Source: Burkholderiales bacterium
GTDB lineage: Bacteria > Pseudomonadota > Gammaproteobacteria > Burkholderiales > Casimicrobiaceae
Reading direction: 5' to 3'
Length of the DNA stretch: 64,000 nt
Assembly (NCBI GenBank): GCA_046347755.1
Contig: JAXMFM010000004.1
Coordinates: 368,028-432,027, forward strand
Shown: piece by piece, positions 22,901 through 33,641 of the stretch
How the letters are laid out: every line of letters begins with the position of its first letter
How positions within the stretch are numbered: position 1 is the stretch's first letter
Translations under genes and position numbers: made by a program
The notes under the pieces: generated by a model
Told to the model about the DNA's origin: nothing
The model's input: the letters and a program-made list of their open reading frames with translations, nothing else
Databases searched by the model: none

Positions 22901-25746
22901 ACGTGGCGGACACCGCGGAAGGCGCGAAGGAGTTCTCGCGGATGCGTGGCCTCGCGATCGCGCTCGGGTACAAGTCCTGCCTGTTCGTGCCGCTGCTGCG
23001 CGACGGCCGCGCCATCGGCTGCATCACGATCCTCCGCGCGACCGCGGGGCGCTTCGACGAGCAGGAGGTCGCGCTCGCGCAGACGTTCGCCGACCAGGCG
23101 GTGATCGCGATCCAGAACGCGCGGCTGTTCAGGGAAACGAACGAGGCGTTGGAGCGGCAGACGGCAACCGCCGAGGTCCTGCGCGTGATCAGCGAGTCGC
23201 CGACCGACGTGCAGCCGGTGCTCGACGCGGTGGCGGAGCGCGCCGGCATCCTGTGCCGCGCGGACGGCAGCCGCGTCTGGCTGGTCGCCGAGGGGCAACT
23301 GAGGGCGATGACGAGCTACGGACCGGCGTACGCAGGGGGGGCGGGGATCGAGGTCCTGCCCTTGCGCAGGACCTCGGTCGGCGGCCGCGCGTTCCTGGAT
23401 CGCCGGACCATCCACGTCGAAGACGTGGTTCCACTCATGGAGTCCGAGTACCCCGACATCCGCGAGATCCAGCGGCGCTACGGATTCCGCACGGTTCTGA
23501 ACGTGCCGCTGGTGCGCGAGGACGAGGCCGTGGGCGTGATTTCGCTGTTCCGCGACCAGGTGCGCCCGTTCGCGCCGGCCGAGATCAGCCTGCTGCAGAC
23601 GTTCGCCGACCAGGCGGTGATTGCAATCGAGAACGTGCGGCTGTTCAACGAGACCAAGGAAGCGCTGGCGCGACAGACGGCGACAAGCGGCGTGCTCCGG
23701 GTGCTGGGCCGCTCGATGACCGACTCGCAGCCGGTGTTCGACGCTATCGTGCAGAACTGCAGTACCTTGCTGAACGACAGCCGTGTCGTGTTGTGGTTGG
23801 TTGACGGAAAGCGCCTGCTCGCGCAAGCCACCAGCGCGGGCCGGGATGCGCTCCTGGCGCTGGGAACCATTCCATTGGATCGAAACAGTCCGATAGGTGC
23901 CTGCGTGCTCGATGCAGCGCAGTTGCACCTGCGCGACCTCGACTCCGTGGTCGAGCGTTATCCGCTGGTGCGCCAGAGGATCTTGAACATCGGATACCAC
24001 TGCGGAATCTTCACGCCGTTGATTCACGAGGGCCGAGCCGTCGGCGGGCTGGCGGTGCTGCAGCGCTCGACAAACGCGTTCGATGACAAGGACGAGTCTC
24101 TATTGCGCACATTCGCCGACCAGGCTGTGATCGCGATCCAGAACGCGCGCATGTTCAAGGAGACGCAGGAAGCGCGCGCCGCCGCCGAGGCCGCGAACGA
24201 GGCGAAGAGCTCGTTCCTCGCGACGATGAGCCACGAGATCCGCACGCCGATGAACGCGGTGATCGGCATGAGCGGCCTGCTGCTCGACACCACGCTCGAC
24301 GCCGAGCAGCGCGACTACGTCGGCACGATCCGCGAGTCCGGCGACGCGCTCTTGACGATCATCAACGACATCCTCGACTTCTCGAAGATCGAGGCCGGGC
24401 GCATGGACATCGAGGCGCAGCCGTTCGACCTGCGCGACTGCGTGGAATCGGCGCTCGACCTCGTGACCGCGCGCGCCGGCGAGAAGGACCTCGACACCGC
24501 GTACGTGTTCGAGGGCGACGTCCCGGCCGCCGTGCGCGGCGACGTCACGCGGCTGCGCCAGATCCTGCTCAACCTGCTGTCGAATGCGGTGAAATTCACC
24601 GAGCATGGCGAGGTCGTGTTGACGGTGACGGCAAGGTCGCTGCCGCAAGAGAACGTCGAGCTCACGTTCGCCGTCCGCGACACCGGCATCGGCTTGTCCG
24701 AAGAAGGCATGAGCCGCCTGTTCCAGTCGTTCTCGCAGGCGGACTCGTCGACGACGCGCAAGTACGGCGGCACCGGCCTCGGCCTCGCGATCAGCCGGCG
24801 CCTGGCCGAGCTGATGGGCGGCCGCATGTGGGCGGTCAGCGACGGCCCCGGCACGGGCGCGACGTTCCTGTTCAACATCGTCGTGCCGACCGCGGACCTG
24901 CCGCAGGCGCGCCAGCGCGAGTTCGTCGGCGTGCAGCCGGGCCTCGCGGGCAAGCAGCTGCTGATCGTCGACGACAACGCGACCAACCGGCGCATTCTGG
25001 AACTGCAGGCCGCCAAGTGGGGCATGCAGGCGCGCGCGACCGGATCCCCGCGCGAGGCGTTGCAATGGCTCGATGCCCGCGGCACGTTCACCGTGGCTAT
25101 CCTCGACATGCACATGCCGGAGATGGACGGCGTCGCGCTGGCGCGGGAAATCCGGCAGCGCCACGCGGCGCTGCCGCTCGTGCTGTTCAGCTCGCTCGGC
25201 CGGCACGAAACCGGCGCGGACGACGGGCTGTTCAACGCGTACCTGGCGAAGCCGGTCCGCCAGTCGCAGCTGCACGACACGCTGGTCGGGCTGCTGGCGA
25301 AGGACGCGGCCCCGGCCGTCGCGCCGGCGCCGGGACGGCCGAGCCTCGATCCGCAGATGGCGACGCGGCATCCGCTGCGCATCCTCCTCGCCGAGGACAA
25401 CGTGGTCAACCAGAAGCTCGCGCTGCGCATCCTGCAGCAGATGGGCTATCGTGCCGATCTCGCCAGCAACGGCATCGAAGCCGTCGAATCGGTCGCGCGG
25501 CAGGCGTACGACGTCGTGCTGATGGACGTGCAGATGCCCGAGATGGACGGGCTCGAAGCCGCGCGGACGATCTGCGCGCGCTGGCCGGCGGACGAGCGTC
25601 CTCGCATCGTCGCGATGACGGCCAATGCGATGCAGGGCGACCGCGACCTGTGCCTGGCCGCGGGCATGGACGACTACCTGACCAAGCCGATCCGCGTTGA
25701 GCGCCTCGTCGAGGCGCTCATGCTGGTCCGCGTACGGGAGCGCTGA
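16909..25746 (+). CDS. Giant cytoplasmic hybrid histidine kinase: TPR - 11x GAF - HisKA - HATPase - REC - REC
   Basis: 2945 aa; 11 units ending in A(L/I)xN(A/V)x; [10 protein letters not shown]-box, [22 protein letters not shown]; two receivers ([18 protein letters not shown]); no TM helix seen. Confidence 0.9.
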   Translation: MRASQKIPRKPIASKPAKASPCAEVAALAASGRHVQAIEAASVALAAARVAPADRLDLLDLRAESHIAAGDLGSAAADAKAMLDVARRAKRPALLAQALCRQAYVEIRSGAARDAVATAEAALQAARRSRHAGVEAIALLRLGEAQFRTRENARAARSCAQAARMFKASGQTAWEGRAWWAISAARSGEGRVEDADRAAKRALALAQRAGDRLGIGNALNMLTFHEPDIARCMRLLRQAQAAFEAAGYVERQGVITHNLGNQYSNLGLYRRARRLFAKAEDAYRRAGSVGFGLATTLWMRGNTEHELGNAAGARANFVEAVDRWEASRPANYAAYRPLVYGQLALWEGDSQSAVTLYEQGTRILRDSDQVSLQINALVGLSESCLAAGRAAAALAASERATSIHRARGLADIQGIDETELWWRHREALRANGRAAAAQRALALAYRFLVEPIRKLTDEGLRRNYLNKVPVHRRIVEATLAGRRRSARPPAHLAVPSSLQEPFERLVDSGLRMNELRSRDELQEFLIDEATEISGAERVLLILDAPAGHELAGSLVPKGEDATRLMRDVAPALADVARTRIASLAHVPEGAPELAQRSRIVAPLVARNALMGYLYADLDGAFGRFHEADRDLLAMLASQAAVALDNAQWAEGLEQKVAQRTEELRSSNALLEQRANELALINSIQQGMAAELDFQVIVDLVGDKLRELFATGDLAIQWRDEQANLVHDMYVFEHGRRLPQHAWPYNPELPINRALQAGKPVILGDRAAIDAVGGAVAPGTDPCLSCVFVPVTVGERLVGAISIENFEREHAFGESDVRLLSTVAASMGVALENARLFAETQRLLKETEQRAAELAIINSVQQALAAELSMQGIYDAVGDKVREIFGNADVGIRILDPKTRLMHYPYTYEYGRRIDIATSPLRDHGFAAHVLRTRETLLVNEDMDAVAAKHGSLPFPGTADEKSAIYVPLVVGDQARGLISLIDTQREHAFTDSDVRLLQTLANSMSIALENARLFDETQRLLSETERRGREATALAEVGRDLSASLDLATVMDRIARHAKDLLQGNSSAIFLPETGTSNFRAIVAIGDTADAIKATAVEGGAGIIGSLIASGEPELINDAQADPRAIQIPGTEQQVDERLMVVPLRGDSAVEGAMAVWRTGGQPFDDRDLEFLVGLSRQAMVALHNARLFNETKEALERQTAMAEVLQVISGSMADPKPVFDKILDSCARLFGAGDPAVFLVDGEMLHIGAYRGKFAKDVETTFPRPLAGTVSDMAIRQGSILYRPSVLASGDMPDYIVEVARKRGDFSVVNAPMTWNGRGIGTIDIICTPPRLFSESEKNLVKTFADQAVIAIENARLFNETKEALAKVEERTREVSESLQYQTAISDVLRCISESPTDVTPVFSAILESAARLFGNPIGAAFRFDGQLVHLIATQNWSPEAVANARRLYPAPPNPAQVSGRVILSGTVQIEDDALSDPDYDQATALAGGWRRVLGAPLLKDGVAIGALVVAWPDPGKTPERQIGLLQTFAGQAVIAIENVRHINETREALEQQTATAEVLQVISSSVADAAPVFDKILESGQHLFATEQLGIFLIKDDGQVHAGAWRGSALDAIAKTFPKPVDQTMTGRVVRERRTVHLPDTATLPDAPAAVRGVVDLIGNISVAWAPMMWEDRGVGSIAVLRQPPKPFTDKELALLKTFGDQAVIAIQNARLFNETKEALEQQTATAEVLDVISHSMADASPVFEKIVECCDRLFPAQAFALGIVDEHDQVDVPVFRVTQAARRRLGEAGAAEIESRIRAAFPRPLAGTLTEQAIRSKRLVEIRDLRDRGVASQPAVQAALQMNLGTSVVIAPLMWEGRGIGSLTMFREEIEGLRERENALLKTFADQAVIAIQNARLFNETKAALERQTATAEILRVISGSVTDTQPVFDAIVASCQRLFAGKAVALVFPNGQVLESVAYSDDSGAQRGPGMLKPWPLDRGSGAGTCILESRVVNVADTAEGAKEFSRMRGLAIALGYKSCLFVPLLRDGRAIGCITILRATAGRFDEQEVALAQTFADQAVIAIQNARLFRETNEALERQTATAEVLRVISESPTDVQPVLDAVAERAGILCRADGSRVWLVAEGQLRAMTSYGPAYAGGAGIEVLPLRRTSVGGRAFLDRRTIHVEDVVPLMESEYPDIREIQRRYGFRTVLNVPLVREDEAVGVISLFRDQVRPFAPAEISLLQTFADQAVIAIENVRLFNETKEALARQTATSGVLRVLGRSMTDSQPVFDAIVQNCSTLLNDSRVVLWLVDGKRLLAQATSAGRDALLALGTIPLDRNSPIGACVLDAAQLHLRDLDSVVERYPLVRQRILNIGYHCGIFTPLIHEGRAVGGLAVLQRSTNAFDDKDESLLRTFADQAVIAIQNARMFKETQEARAAAEAANEAKSSFLATMSHEIRTPMNAVIGMSGLLLDTTLDAEQRDYVGTIRESGDALLTIINDILDFSKIEAGRMDIEAQPFDLRDCVESALDLVTARAGEKDLDTAYVFEGDVPAAVRGDVTRLRQILLNLLSNAVKFTEHGEVVLTVTARSLPQENVELTFAVRDTGIGLSEEGMSRLFQSFSQADSSTTRKYGGTGLGLAISRRLAELMGGRMWAVSDGPGTGATFLFNIVVPTADLPQARQREFVGVQPGLAGKQLLIVDDNATNRRILELQAAKWGMQARATGSPREALQWLDARGTFTVAILDMHMPEMDGVALAREIRQRHAALPLVLFSSLGRHETGADDGLFNAYLAKPVRQSQLHDTLVGLLAKDAAPAVAPAPGRPSLDPQMATRHPLRILLAEDNVVNQKLALRILQQMGYRADLASNGIEAVESVARQAYDVVLMDVQMPEMDGLEAARTICARWPADERPRIVAMTANAMQGDRDLCLAAGMDDYLTKPIRVERLVEALMLVRVRER

Positions 25747-25752
25747 AACGGA

Positions 25753-26100
25753 ATGGACGAAACGGTGATCGACAAGGCGGCGTTCGCCGAGCTCGTGCAG
25801 ACGGCCGGCGCCGAGTTCGTGCGCGAATTGATCGACACGTTCCTGATCGAGGCGCCGGCGATGCTGGCCGCCCTCGACCGCGCGCTGGCCGACCGCGACG
25901 CCGGCGATTTCCGCCGGGCCGCGCACTCGCTCAAGTCGAACGGCAACACGTTCGGCGCCCGGACGCTGGGCGCGCTCGCCCGCGACCTCGAGCTGTCGGG
26001 CCTCGAACCGGTCGTCGCCGCCGGCGGCGCGCCGATCGTCGCGCTGCGCGCCGAGTACGATCGCGTCGCGGCGTCGCTTGCGGAGCTGCGCGATGCCTGA
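25753..26100 (+). CDS. Hpt phosphotransfer protein
   Basis: RRAAHSLKSNG..FGA Hpt motif, 115 aa. Confidence 0.9.
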   Translation: MDETVIDKAAFAELVQTAGAEFVRELIDTFLIEAPAMLAALDRALADRDAGDFRRAAHSLKSNGNTFGARTLGALARDLELSGLEPVVAAGGAPIVALRAEYDRVAASLAELRDA

Positions 26101-27142
26101 CGCCCCACCCGGCGGAGCGCGGCTGCTGGTCGCCGACGACAACAAGGTCAACCGGCTGCTGCTCACGCGCAACCTCGAGCTGCAGGGCCACACTGTCGCG
26201 TCGGCGGAGAACGGCGTCGTCGCGCTGGCGATGCTGCGCCGCGACCGCTACGACCTCCTGCTGCTCGACATGGAAATGCCGGAGATGGACGGCTTTGAGG
26301 TGCTGGCCGAGATGAAGGGGGACCTGCAGCTGCGCGACGTGCCGGTGATCGTGACGTCGTCGCTCGAAGGCATCGACCACATCGTCCGCTGCATCGAGCT
26401 CGGCGCCGAGGACTACCTGCCCAAGCCGGTCAATCCGGTGCTGCTGAAGGCCCGCATCGGCGCGAGCCTGGAGAAGAAGCGGCTGCGCGACCAGCAGAAG
26501 GACCTGCTGCGCCGTTTCGCGACGCCGGAAGTGGCCGCGGATCTCGAGCAGTCCGGATTCGCGCTCGGCGGCCGCCGCGTGCGCGCCACCGTGATGTTCG
26601 CCGACATCCGGGACTTCACGCCGCTCGCGGAATCGCAGCCGCCCGAGGAGACGATCGAGCTGCTCAACAACTACTACGCGCTGATGTTCGACGCGATCGG
26701 CGGCCACGGCGGCATCGTGACGCTGATGGTCGGCGACGGGCTGATGGCCGTGTTCGGCGCGCCGATGACGCTGCCCGACCACGAGCGTTGCGCGGTCGGC
26801 GCCGCGCGGGAGATGGTCGAGCTGGTCGAGCTGTACGACCGCGAGCGCGAAGCCGCGGGCAAGCCGCCGATCCGCATCGGTATCGGCATCGCGTCGGGCG
26901 AGATGATCGCCGGGTACGCCGGCACCAAGGCGCGGGCGACCTACACGTGCATCGGCGACATCGTCAACCTCGCGGCGCGCATCGAGCAGCACACGAAGGT
27001 CGCGCAGCGCGCAATCCTCATCGACGGCGCGACGCGCGACGCGCTCGGCGACCGTTTCGAAACGGAGCCGCTCGGCCCCGTTTCCTTCAAGGGCATCGCC
27101 ACGGCCGTGCCCGTGTTCGCGGTCGGCGCGGCGCCGCCATAG
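26093..27142 (+). CDS. Response regulator fused to a class III (adenylate/guanylate-like) nucleotide cyclase
   Basis: VADDN, LDMEMPEMDG, PKP receiver; FADIRDFT, GDGLMAVFG, GDIVNLAARIE cyclase motifs. Confidence 0.88.
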   Translation: MPDAPPGGARLLVADDNKVNRLLLTRNLELQGHTVASAENGVVALAMLRRDRYDLLLLDMEMPEMDGFEVLAEMKGDLQLRDVPVIVTSSLEGIDHIVRCIELGAEDYLPKPVNPVLLKARIGASLEKKRLRDQQKDLLRRFATPEVAADLEQSGFALGGRRVRATVMFADIRDFTPLAESQPPEETIELLNNYYALMFDAIGGHGGIVTLMVGDGLMAVFGAPMTLPDHERCAVGAAREMVELVELYDREREAAGKPPIRIGIGIASGEMIAGYAGTKARATYTCIGDIVNLAARIEQHTKVAQRAILIDGATRDALGDRFETEPLGPVSFKGIATAVPVFAVGAAPP

Positions 27143-27168
27143 CGCGCGGCGGCGGCAGGAAGCCGCGG

Positions 27169-29355
27169 TCACTGCAGCTGCAGGCTCGCGATCTCAGGTT
27201 CGTCGATCATGCGGGAGCGCCCGCGCCGCAGCAGCTCGCCAATCGCCTGCCCCGTCACCGGCCGGCTCAGCAGGTAGCCCTGCATCGTCGTGCACCCGCT
27301 TTCGACCAGGAAGTCGCACTGCGCCTGCGTCTCGACGCCTTCGGCGACGACGTCGAGGTTGAGGCTATTCGCGATCGAGATGATCGCCGCGACGATGGCC
27401 GCCGCCTCGTCGCTCTCCACCGCGTCGCGGATGAACGCGATGTCCAGCTTGAGCTTGCGCAGCGGCAGTCGCCGCAGATAGGACAATGACGAGTAGCCGG
27501 TGCCGAAGTCGTCGATGGCGATGGCCACGCCCATCTCGCGCAGCGCGTTGAGCGTGGCGAGCGCGGTGTCGAAATCGCCCATCAGCGCCGACTCGGTGAT
27601 CTCGAACTCGATGCAGTCGAGCGGCACGCCGACCACTTCGGCGATCTCCTTCACGCGACCGGCCAGCGCGGTGTCGGCGAACTGCACGCTGGACAGGTTC
27701 ACGCCGACGGCGATCGGCGGCAGCCCCTCCTGCACCCAGTCGTTGTGCTGGATCAGCGACGCGACGAACACCCACTCCCAGATCGCCATGATCAGCCCCG
27801 CCTCTTCGGCAACGGGGATGAACTCGCTCGGCGGCAGCAGGCCGAGCGTGGGATGGTTCCAGCGCACCAGCGCTTCGACGCCCACGACCGCGCCGGTCGT
27901 CACGTCGATCTGCGGCTGGTAGTGCAGCACGAACTGCTCCGCCTCGATCGCCCGCCGCAGGTCGTGCTCGAGGGACAGTCGCTGCGCGGTGGCCTCGCGC
28001 ATCGACTCGCGATAGAACGCGTGGCGGTTGCGCCCTTCCGCCTTCGCGTTGTACATCGCCACGTCGGCATTCCTGAGCAGCGCGTCGAGCGTGTTGCCGT
28101 CCCGCGGGTACAGCACGATGCCGATCGACGCCGACACGAACACCTCGTGCGCGGAGAGCTTGATCGGCTGCGCGAGCGTGTCGAGGACGCGCCGCGCCGC
28201 GCGCGCCGCGTTCTCCTCGGTGGACACGCCGGCGAGCAGCACGACGAACTCGTCGCCGCCCTGGCGGCACACGTCGCGGTCGGGCGCGTTCCCGCGCGGC
28301 GGTCCGCCCCCCTCGTCGACGCGCAGCACGCGGGTCAGCCGCTGCGCGACGACGCGCAGCAGCTCGTCGCCGACGGCATGGCCGAGCGTGTCGTTGATCC
28401 GCTTGAACTGGTCGAGATCGAGGAACATCAGCGCGAACGACGTCGACGTGCGGGACGCGAAGTCGAGCGTCTCGACCAACCTTTCGTGAAAGCGAGACCG
28501 GTTGGGGAGCTCGGTCAGCACGTCGTAGTACGCGAGCTGGTGGACCTCGTGGATCGCCTCGGCGTGCTCGGTGGCGTCCTGGACCGTCCCGGCAACGCGG
28601 CTCGCGCTCCCGTCGGCGACGCGCCGCGCCTCGCCCATCATGCGCACCTGCAGGAACTCGCCGTCGCGGGTCCTGATCCGGGCGTCGAGGCCGGGGGCGG
28701 TCCGGCCGCGAGCGAGATTGACGAGCCAGCGGCGGAACGCGTGGCGGTCGTCGGCGTGGACGCACAGCAGCAGCGTCGCGGGCGTGGCCACGAATCGCTC
28801 GGCGTCGATTCCCAGCATGCGCAGGAGCTCGGCCGAGCAGACGACGCGATTGGTGGCGCGCTCCCATTCCCAGCTGCCGACGCGGGCGATGCGCTGGGCG
28901 CGGTTCAGGTGCCGCGCCAGGCGCCGCTTCTCGTGGCCCGCGAGCTGGGCCGCCGCGCTTTCCGCCTTGAGCTCCTCGACACGTTCGAGCGTCCGCGCGT
29001 GCAACCGCTCCAGGCGATCGGCGAGATCGAGCGGCGGGCCCGGAGCCGCCGACGCGCGCGTGCCCTCGTCGGGCGCGCCGGCCTCGAACTGCCGCATGGC
29101 CCGGGACAGACGGCGCAGGAGCCGCTCGTGCGACTGCGCCAGCCACCCGATCGCAGCGCTCGGCAGCAGGATGGCCAGCAGCGCGTAGGCCGGAGCCGAC
29201 AGCCAGCCCACATAGAGGACCGCCACCAGCGCGACCTGGAGGGCCGCGACCAGGGCCACCGCCTGCAGCGCGAAGCCGCCCGCGGGCCGGGGCCCGGACG
29301 CGCGCGAGGCGTCGGTGATGACGGAATTGCCCGATGGCGTGGGTAGCGCGATCAC
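27169..29355 (-). CDS. Membrane-anchored PAS-GGDEF-EAL diguanylate cyclase/phosphodiesterase (start uncertain)
   Basis: Two hydrophobic helices, GSWEW PAS, DxLTxLPNR, GGDEF, EALVRW, DDFGTGYSS, EGVE. Confidence 0.88.
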   Translation of the reverse strand: MIALPTPSGNSVITDASRASGPRPAGGFALQAVALVAALQVALVAVLYVGWLSAPAYALLAILLPSAAIGWLAQSHERLLRRLSRAMRQFEAGAPDEGTRASAAPGPPLDLADRLERLHARTLERVEELKAESAAAQLAGHEKRRLARHLNRAQRIARVGSWEWERATNRVVCSAELLRMLGIDAERFVATPATLLLCVHADDRHAFRRWLVNLARGRTAPGLDARIRTRDGEFLQVRMMGEARRVADGSASRVAGTVQDATEHAEAIHEVHQLAYYDVLTELPNRSRFHERLVETLDFASRTSTSFALMFLDLDQFKRINDTLGHAVGDELLRVVAQRLTRVLRVDEGGGPPRGNAPDRDVCRQGGDEFVVLLAGVSTEENAARAARRVLDTLAQPIKLSAHEVFVSASIGIVLYPRDGNTLDALLRNADVAMYNAKAEGRNRHAFYRESMREATAQRLSLEHDLRRAIEAEQFVLHYQPQIDVTTGAVVGVEALVRWNHPTLGLLPPSEFIPVAEEAGLIMAIWEWVFVASLIQHNDWVQEGLPPIAVGVNLSSVQFADTALAGRVKEIAEVVGVPLDCIEFEITESALMGDFDTALATLNALREMGVAIAIDDFGTGYSSLSYLRRLPLRKLKLDIAFIRDAVESDEAAAIVAAIISIANSLNLDVVAEGVETQAQCDFLVESGCTTMQGYLLSRPVTGQAIGELLRRGRSRMIDEPEIASLQLQ

Positions 29356-29563
29356 GTTTTGCGTCTCTCGCCCGCAGCGGGCAATCCGTGGCGCCGGGCC
29401 CGCGCCCGCCTGGTGGCGACGCGCAAGCACAGGGCCACCGGACCGCTGCGGCACGGTGGGGCACGCAATGAACATGCCAATCCCGGGTCTCGTCCCCGGG
29501 GCGGCAGGCATTCGGGACCGGGGGAGGCACCTCGCGGCGGCGCGCCCGGGGCAGGGACCGCCG

Positions 29564-31072
29564 CTACCCGGGCTGCTTTTCCTCTTCCAGCAGGTCGGCC
29601 TCGGCCTGGCCGCGCGCCTCGTTACGCTCGATCGCGAGGTGCGACAGGTAGTCGTCGGTGATGTCGCCGGTGATGTACTTGCCGTCGAAGCACGAAGCCT
29701 CGAAGTTGACCAGCTTCGGGTTGGCGGCGCGCACGGCGTTCTTCAGCGCATCCAGGTCCTGGTAGATCAGCAGGTCGGCGCCGATCTCGACGGCGATCTC
29801 GGCCTCGGTGCGGCCGGTGGCGACCAGCTCGTCCTGGTTCGGCATGTCGATGCCGTACACGTTCGGATAGCGGACCGGCGGCGCCGCCGACGCGAAGTAC
29901 ACTTTCCTGGCGCCGGCATCGCGCGCCATCATCACGATCTCGCGCGACGTCGTGCCGCGGACGATCGAATCGTCGACCAGCAGCACGACCTTGTCCTTGA
30001 ACTCGATGCCGACCGGATTCAACTTCTGGCGCACGCTCTTCTTGCGCATCGCCTGGCCCGGCATGATGAACGTGCGGCCGATGTAACGGTTCTTGACGAA
30101 CCCTTCGCGGTACTTGAGCCCGAGCCGGTTGGCGAGCTCCAGCGCCGACGGCCGGCTGGAGTCCGGGATCGGGATCACGACGTCGATGTCCTGCGCTTCG
30201 GGCATCTTCCGGATCTTGTCCGCGAGCGCGCCGCCCATGTTGAGCCGCGCCTCGTAGACGGACGTGCCGTCGATCACCGAGTCCGGCCGCGCCAGGTAGA
30301 CGAACTCGAAGATGCACGGGTTGAGCGACGGCCGCTCCGCGCACTGCCGCGCATGAAACGCGCCGGTGTTGTCGACGAAGATCGCCTCGCCCGGCGCGAC
30401 GTCGCGCAGGACGTGGAAACCCAGCGGCTCGATCGCGACCGACTCGGACGCGACGATGTACTCGGTGCCGCCCATCTGCTCGTTCCTGCCGACGATGAGC
30501 GGGCGGATGCCGTACGGATCGCGGAACGCGAGCATGCCGTAGCCGGCGATCATCGCGACCACCGCGTACGCGCCGCGGCAGCGCTTGTGCACGCCGGCCA
30601 CCGCCTTGAAGATCGCCTCCGGGTCGAGCCGGTGATGCTGTGCGGCGCGCTCGAGCTCGAGCGCCAGCACGTTCAGCAGCACTTCGCTGTCGGAGTTCGT
30701 GTTTACGTGGCGGAAGTCGAGCTGGAAGAGCTCGCGCTTCAGTTCGTCGCTGTTGGTGAGGTTGCCGTTGTGGCCGAGCGTCACGCCGAACGGCGAGTTC
30801 ACGTAGAACGGCTGCGACTCGAGGTCGGAGAACGCCGAGCCCGCGGTCGGGTACCGGCAGTGCCCGATGCCGGCCGCGCCCATCAGGTCGCGCATGTTGC
30901 GCGTCCTGAACACGTTCTGCACGAGGCCCGGCCCCTTGTACATGTGGAAGATCGGGCCTTCGCTCGTGACGATGCCCGCTGCGTCCTGGCCGCGATGCTG
31001 CAGCAGCAGGAGTCCGTCGTACAGGAGCTGGTTGACGGGCGTGTGCGCTACAACGCCGACGATGCCGCACAT
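29564..31072 (-). CDS. purF: Amidophosphoribosyltransferase
   Basis: N-terminal [22 protein letters not shown]. Confidence 0.97.
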   Translation of the reverse strand: MCGIVGVVAHTPVNQLLYDGLLLLQHRGQDAAGIVTSEGPIFHMYKGPGLVQNVFRTRNMRDLMGAAGIGHCRYPTAGSAFSDLESQPFYVNSPFGVTLGHNGNLTNSDELKRELFQLDFRHVNTNSDSEVLLNVLALELERAAQHHRLDPEAIFKAVAGVHKRCRGAYAVVAMIAGYGMLAFRDPYGIRPLIVGRNEQMGGTEYIVASESVAIEPLGFHVLRDVAPGEAIFVDNTGAFHARQCAERPSLNPCIFEFVYLARPDSVIDGTSVYEARLNMGGALADKIRKMPEAQDIDVVIPIPDSSRPSALELANRLGLKYREGFVKNRYIGRTFIMPGQAMRKKSVRQKLNPVGIEFKDKVVLLVDDSIVRGTTSREIVMMARDAGARKVYFASAAPPVRYPNVYGIDMPNQDELVATGRTEAEIAVEIGADLLIYQDLDALKNAVRAANPKLVNFEASCFDGKYITGDITDDYLSHLAIERNEARGQAEADLLEEEKQPG

Positions 31073-31079
31073 GGGACGC

Positions 31080-31619
31080 TCATGCCTTTCGTTCCGCCGG
31101 GGCGGCACGCGGTAACGTGCGGCCTTCGCGGGAATAATCAAGCCGGTCCGCCCATGCCTTCGGCAGCCAGGGCGCCAGCGACAGCGCCGCCACCGTCAAC
31201 GGCGGTGCAAGGGCCGAATTCTGCCACCAATTCTGCTGCGGCAGCGAAGTAAGTCCCGCAATCAACACGAATGCCATTATCAGCGCCGCGCCGCGCGCGA
31301 TGCCGAACACCGCGCCCAGGAAGCGATCGACGAACGACAGCCCGGCCCTGCGGATCACGCTCGACAACGGCCACGCGATCAGCGCGCCGAGCACCAGCGC
31401 GCCGATCAGGATCGCGACGAACGCGATCAGGTAGCGAACCACCGGATGATCGCCGAATTCCGGCAGCATCGCACCGACGAGCGGCGTGAACGCGACGGCT
31501 GCGAAGAACCCCAGGACCCACGCGAGCAGCGCGATCAATTCGCGCGTGACGCCGCGCACGTAGGCGATCGCCATCGACAGCGCCAGCACGACGATGACCG
31601 CGGCGTCGAATGCGGTCAT
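31080..31619 (-). CDS. cvpA: CvpA family membrane protein
   Basis: [10 protein letters not shown]...DRFLGAVFG; conserved position upstream of purF. Confidence 0.9.
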   Translation of the reverse strand: MTAFDAAVIVVLALSMAIAYVRGVTRELIALLAWVLGFFAAVAFTPLVGAMLPEFGDHPVVRYLIAFVAILIGALVLGALIAWPLSSVIRRAGLSFVDRFLGAVFGIARGAALIMAFVLIAGLTSLPQQNWWQNSALAPPLTVAALSLAPWLPKAWADRLDYSREGRTLPRAAPAERKA

Positions 31620-31629
31620 CGGCGCTCGC

Positions 31630-32331
31630 CTACGGCTGCTTCGCCGCGGCGACGATTCCGCTGTAGCCCTCGCCTTTCAGCTTGTCGCGCGACGCATTGG
31701 CCGCGTCGCGCGTCGGGAACGGGCCCACGCGCACGCGATAAAGCGTGCCCTTGCTCGTCGCCAGCGGCTCGGTGTAGGCGGGATAGCCCGCCTTCTTCAG
31801 CTTGTTCGACAGCGCATTCGCGCCGTAGTTGTCGGAGAACGCGGCGAGCTGCACCGAATAGCCGCCGGCGGGCGGCTCGCTCGAGGGCGCGGGTGTGGCC
31901 GGTGCCGCCGTGGCGACCTGCGTCTGGCCTTCCGCCTTCGGCGCTTCCGGCGGCGGCGGCTCGGCCTTGGCCGGTTCCGCCTTGGGTGCCTCCGCTTTGG
32001 GTGCTTCCGCCTTCGGCGCCTCGGTCGAAGGCGCCGGCGGCGCCTCCTGCTTCGGGGCTTCGGCCTTCGGCGCTTCCGCGCGCATCTCGCCCTTCGCGGT
32101 CGCCGCCTTCGCGGGCTCGGTCTTCGCCTTGTCGCTCAGGCGATTGACGAACTTCCCTTCGTCGACCGGCGGAATCTTGACCGAGACGTCCTCGCCGAGC
32201 GGCTTGGGATCGCTTTCGAGCAGCATCGGCACGAACACCGCGACCGCGAGCGCGAGCACGACGGCGCCCACCAGCCGCCGTCGCGCGCGGCGCTTCAGTT
32301 CTTCGACGTTGACGTCTTCGGTGGCGGCCAT
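31630..32331 (-). CDS. dedD: SPOR-domain cell division protein
   Basis: RARRRLVGAVVL TM, EAPKA-repeat linker, VQLAAFS...RVRVGPF SPOR domain. Confidence 0.88.
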   Translation of the reverse strand: MAATEDVNVEELKRRARRRLVGAVVLALAVAVFVPMLLESDPKPLGEDVSVKIPPVDEGKFVNRLSDKAKTEPAKAATAKGEMRAEAPKAEAPKQEAPPAPSTEAPKAEAPKAEAPKAEPAKAEPPPPEAPKAEGQTQVATAAPATPAPSSEPPAGGYSVQLAAFSDNYGANALSNKLKKAGYPAYTEPLATSKGTLYRVRVGPFPTRDAANASRDKLKGEGYSGIVAAAKQP

Positions 32332-32362
32332 GGGCGTTGGACCGGCGACGCGGCGGATTCGA

Positions 32363-33637
32363 CTACGGCGCTGCGGCGACGGTCTGGAACGATCCGAACA
32401 CGACGATTCTATCAGCCTCGCCGGCCGCGTCGCGCGCCGCGGCGTAGGCGTGCGCGACATCCGCGTGCATCCGGATCGCGGCGGCCGGCACACCGGCGGC
32501 GACGAGCTCGTCGCGGATGCGCTCGGCGGGCGCGCCGCGCGGGCCGGGCAGCGCGGCGACGAACCAGCGGTCGACGCGCGGCTTCATCGCGGCGACCACG
32601 CCGCCGATGTCCTTGTCCGCGTACATCGCGAAGACGGCGAGGGTCTCCGGGAAAAAGCCCATCGTCGACAGCGTGTCGGCCAGCGCCCGCGCCGCGTGCG
32701 GGTTGTGCGCGACGTCGAGCACGACGGCCGGCCGGCCCGGCCGCACCTCGAACCGCCCCGCGAGCGTCACCGTGAGCAGCCCTTCGCGGATCGCGCCGGC
32801 GGCCACCGGCAGGCGCGAATGGACGAGGTCGAGCACGGTCAGCGCCGTCGCCGCGTTCGCGAGCTGGTAGGCGCCGCGCAGCGCGGGAAAGGGAAGCCCG
32901 AAGCGTTCGCCGCGCGGACCGCGGAAGCGCCATTGCGTCGCCTCGTTCGTGAAGTCGTAGTCGCGTCCGATCAGCAGCAGTCGCGCGCCGACCGCCTCGG
33001 CCGCCGCGACGACGCTCGCCGGCGGCACCCGCTCGGCGCACACGGCGGGCCGGCCGGCGCGGAAGATGCCGGCCTTCTCGCGACCGATCGACTCGCGCGT
33101 GGGTCCCAGCCAGTCGACGTGATCGATGTCGACGCTGGTCACGACCGCGACGTCGGGATCGACGATGTTCACCGCGTCCAGGCGGCCGCCCAGTCCCACC
33201 TCGAGGATCAGCGCGTCCGGCGCCTCGCGCGCGAACAGCCACAGCGCGGCCAGCGTGCCGAACTCGAAGTAGGTCAGCGCGATTGGCGCGCCGTCGCTGC
33301 CGCGCGTCGCGACGCGGGCATCCTCGACCGCATCGAACGCCGCGAGCAGCTCGGCGTCCGTCGCTTCGCGCCGCGCGATCCGCACGCGCTCGTGGTAGCG
33401 GGTGAGGTGCGGCGACGTGTAAAGCCCGACGCGATAGCCGGCGCTGCCCAGCATCGACTCCAGCATCGCGCAGGTCGAGCCCTTGCCGTTGGTGCCGCCG
33501 ACGGTGACGACCGGGCACGCGATCGGCGCGTCGAGCCGCGCGCGCACGGCGCGCACGCGATCGAGGCCGAGCGCGATCGACTTCGGGTGCAGCGATTCGA
33601 GATAGGCGAGCCAGGCCGCGACGGTGGCCGGTCGCAT
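32363..33637 (-). CDS. folC: Bifunctional dihydrofolate/folylpolyglutamate synthase
   Basis: GTNGKGS, YTSPHL, EVGLGGRLDA, DVAHNP. Confidence 0.95.
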   Translation of the reverse strand: MRPATVAAWLAYLESLHPKSIALGLDRVRAVRARLDAPIACPVVTVGGTNGKGSTCAMLESMLGSAGYRVGLYTSPHLTRYHERVRIARREATDAELLAAFDAVEDARVATRGSDGAPIALTYFEFGTLAALWLFAREAPDALILEVGLGGRLDAVNIVDPDVAVVTSVDIDHVDWLGPTRESIGREKAGIFRAGRPAVCAERVPPASVVAAAEAVGARLLLIGRDYDFTNEATQWRFRGPRGERFGLPFPALRGAYQLANAATALTVLDLVHSRLPVAAGAIREGLLTVTLAGRFEVRPGRPAVVLDVAHNPHAARALADTLSTMGFFPETLAVFAMYADKDIGGVVAAMKPRVDRWFVAALPGPRGAPAERIRDELVAAGVPAAAIRMHADVAHAYAAARDAAGEADRIVVFGSFQTVAAAP

Positions 33638-33641
33638 GGGG

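Noticed and set aside
16971-24027. Very long alternative-frame and antisense ORFs (2277 aa +, 2028 aa -) over the giant kinase, and similar shadows throughout the window
   Set aside because: Arg/Ala/Gly-rich translations with no motifs; expected from stop-codon scarcity in high-GC3 DNA.
20440-24180. Periodic repeats as a possible CRISPR or DGR array
   Set aside because: The period is ~500 bp, the repeats are in-frame coding linkers, and there is no cas gene, reverse transcriptase or adenine-specific TR/VR pair.
31930-32090. EAPKA tandem repeats in dedD
   Set aside because: Ordinary low-complexity periplasmic linker for this family.
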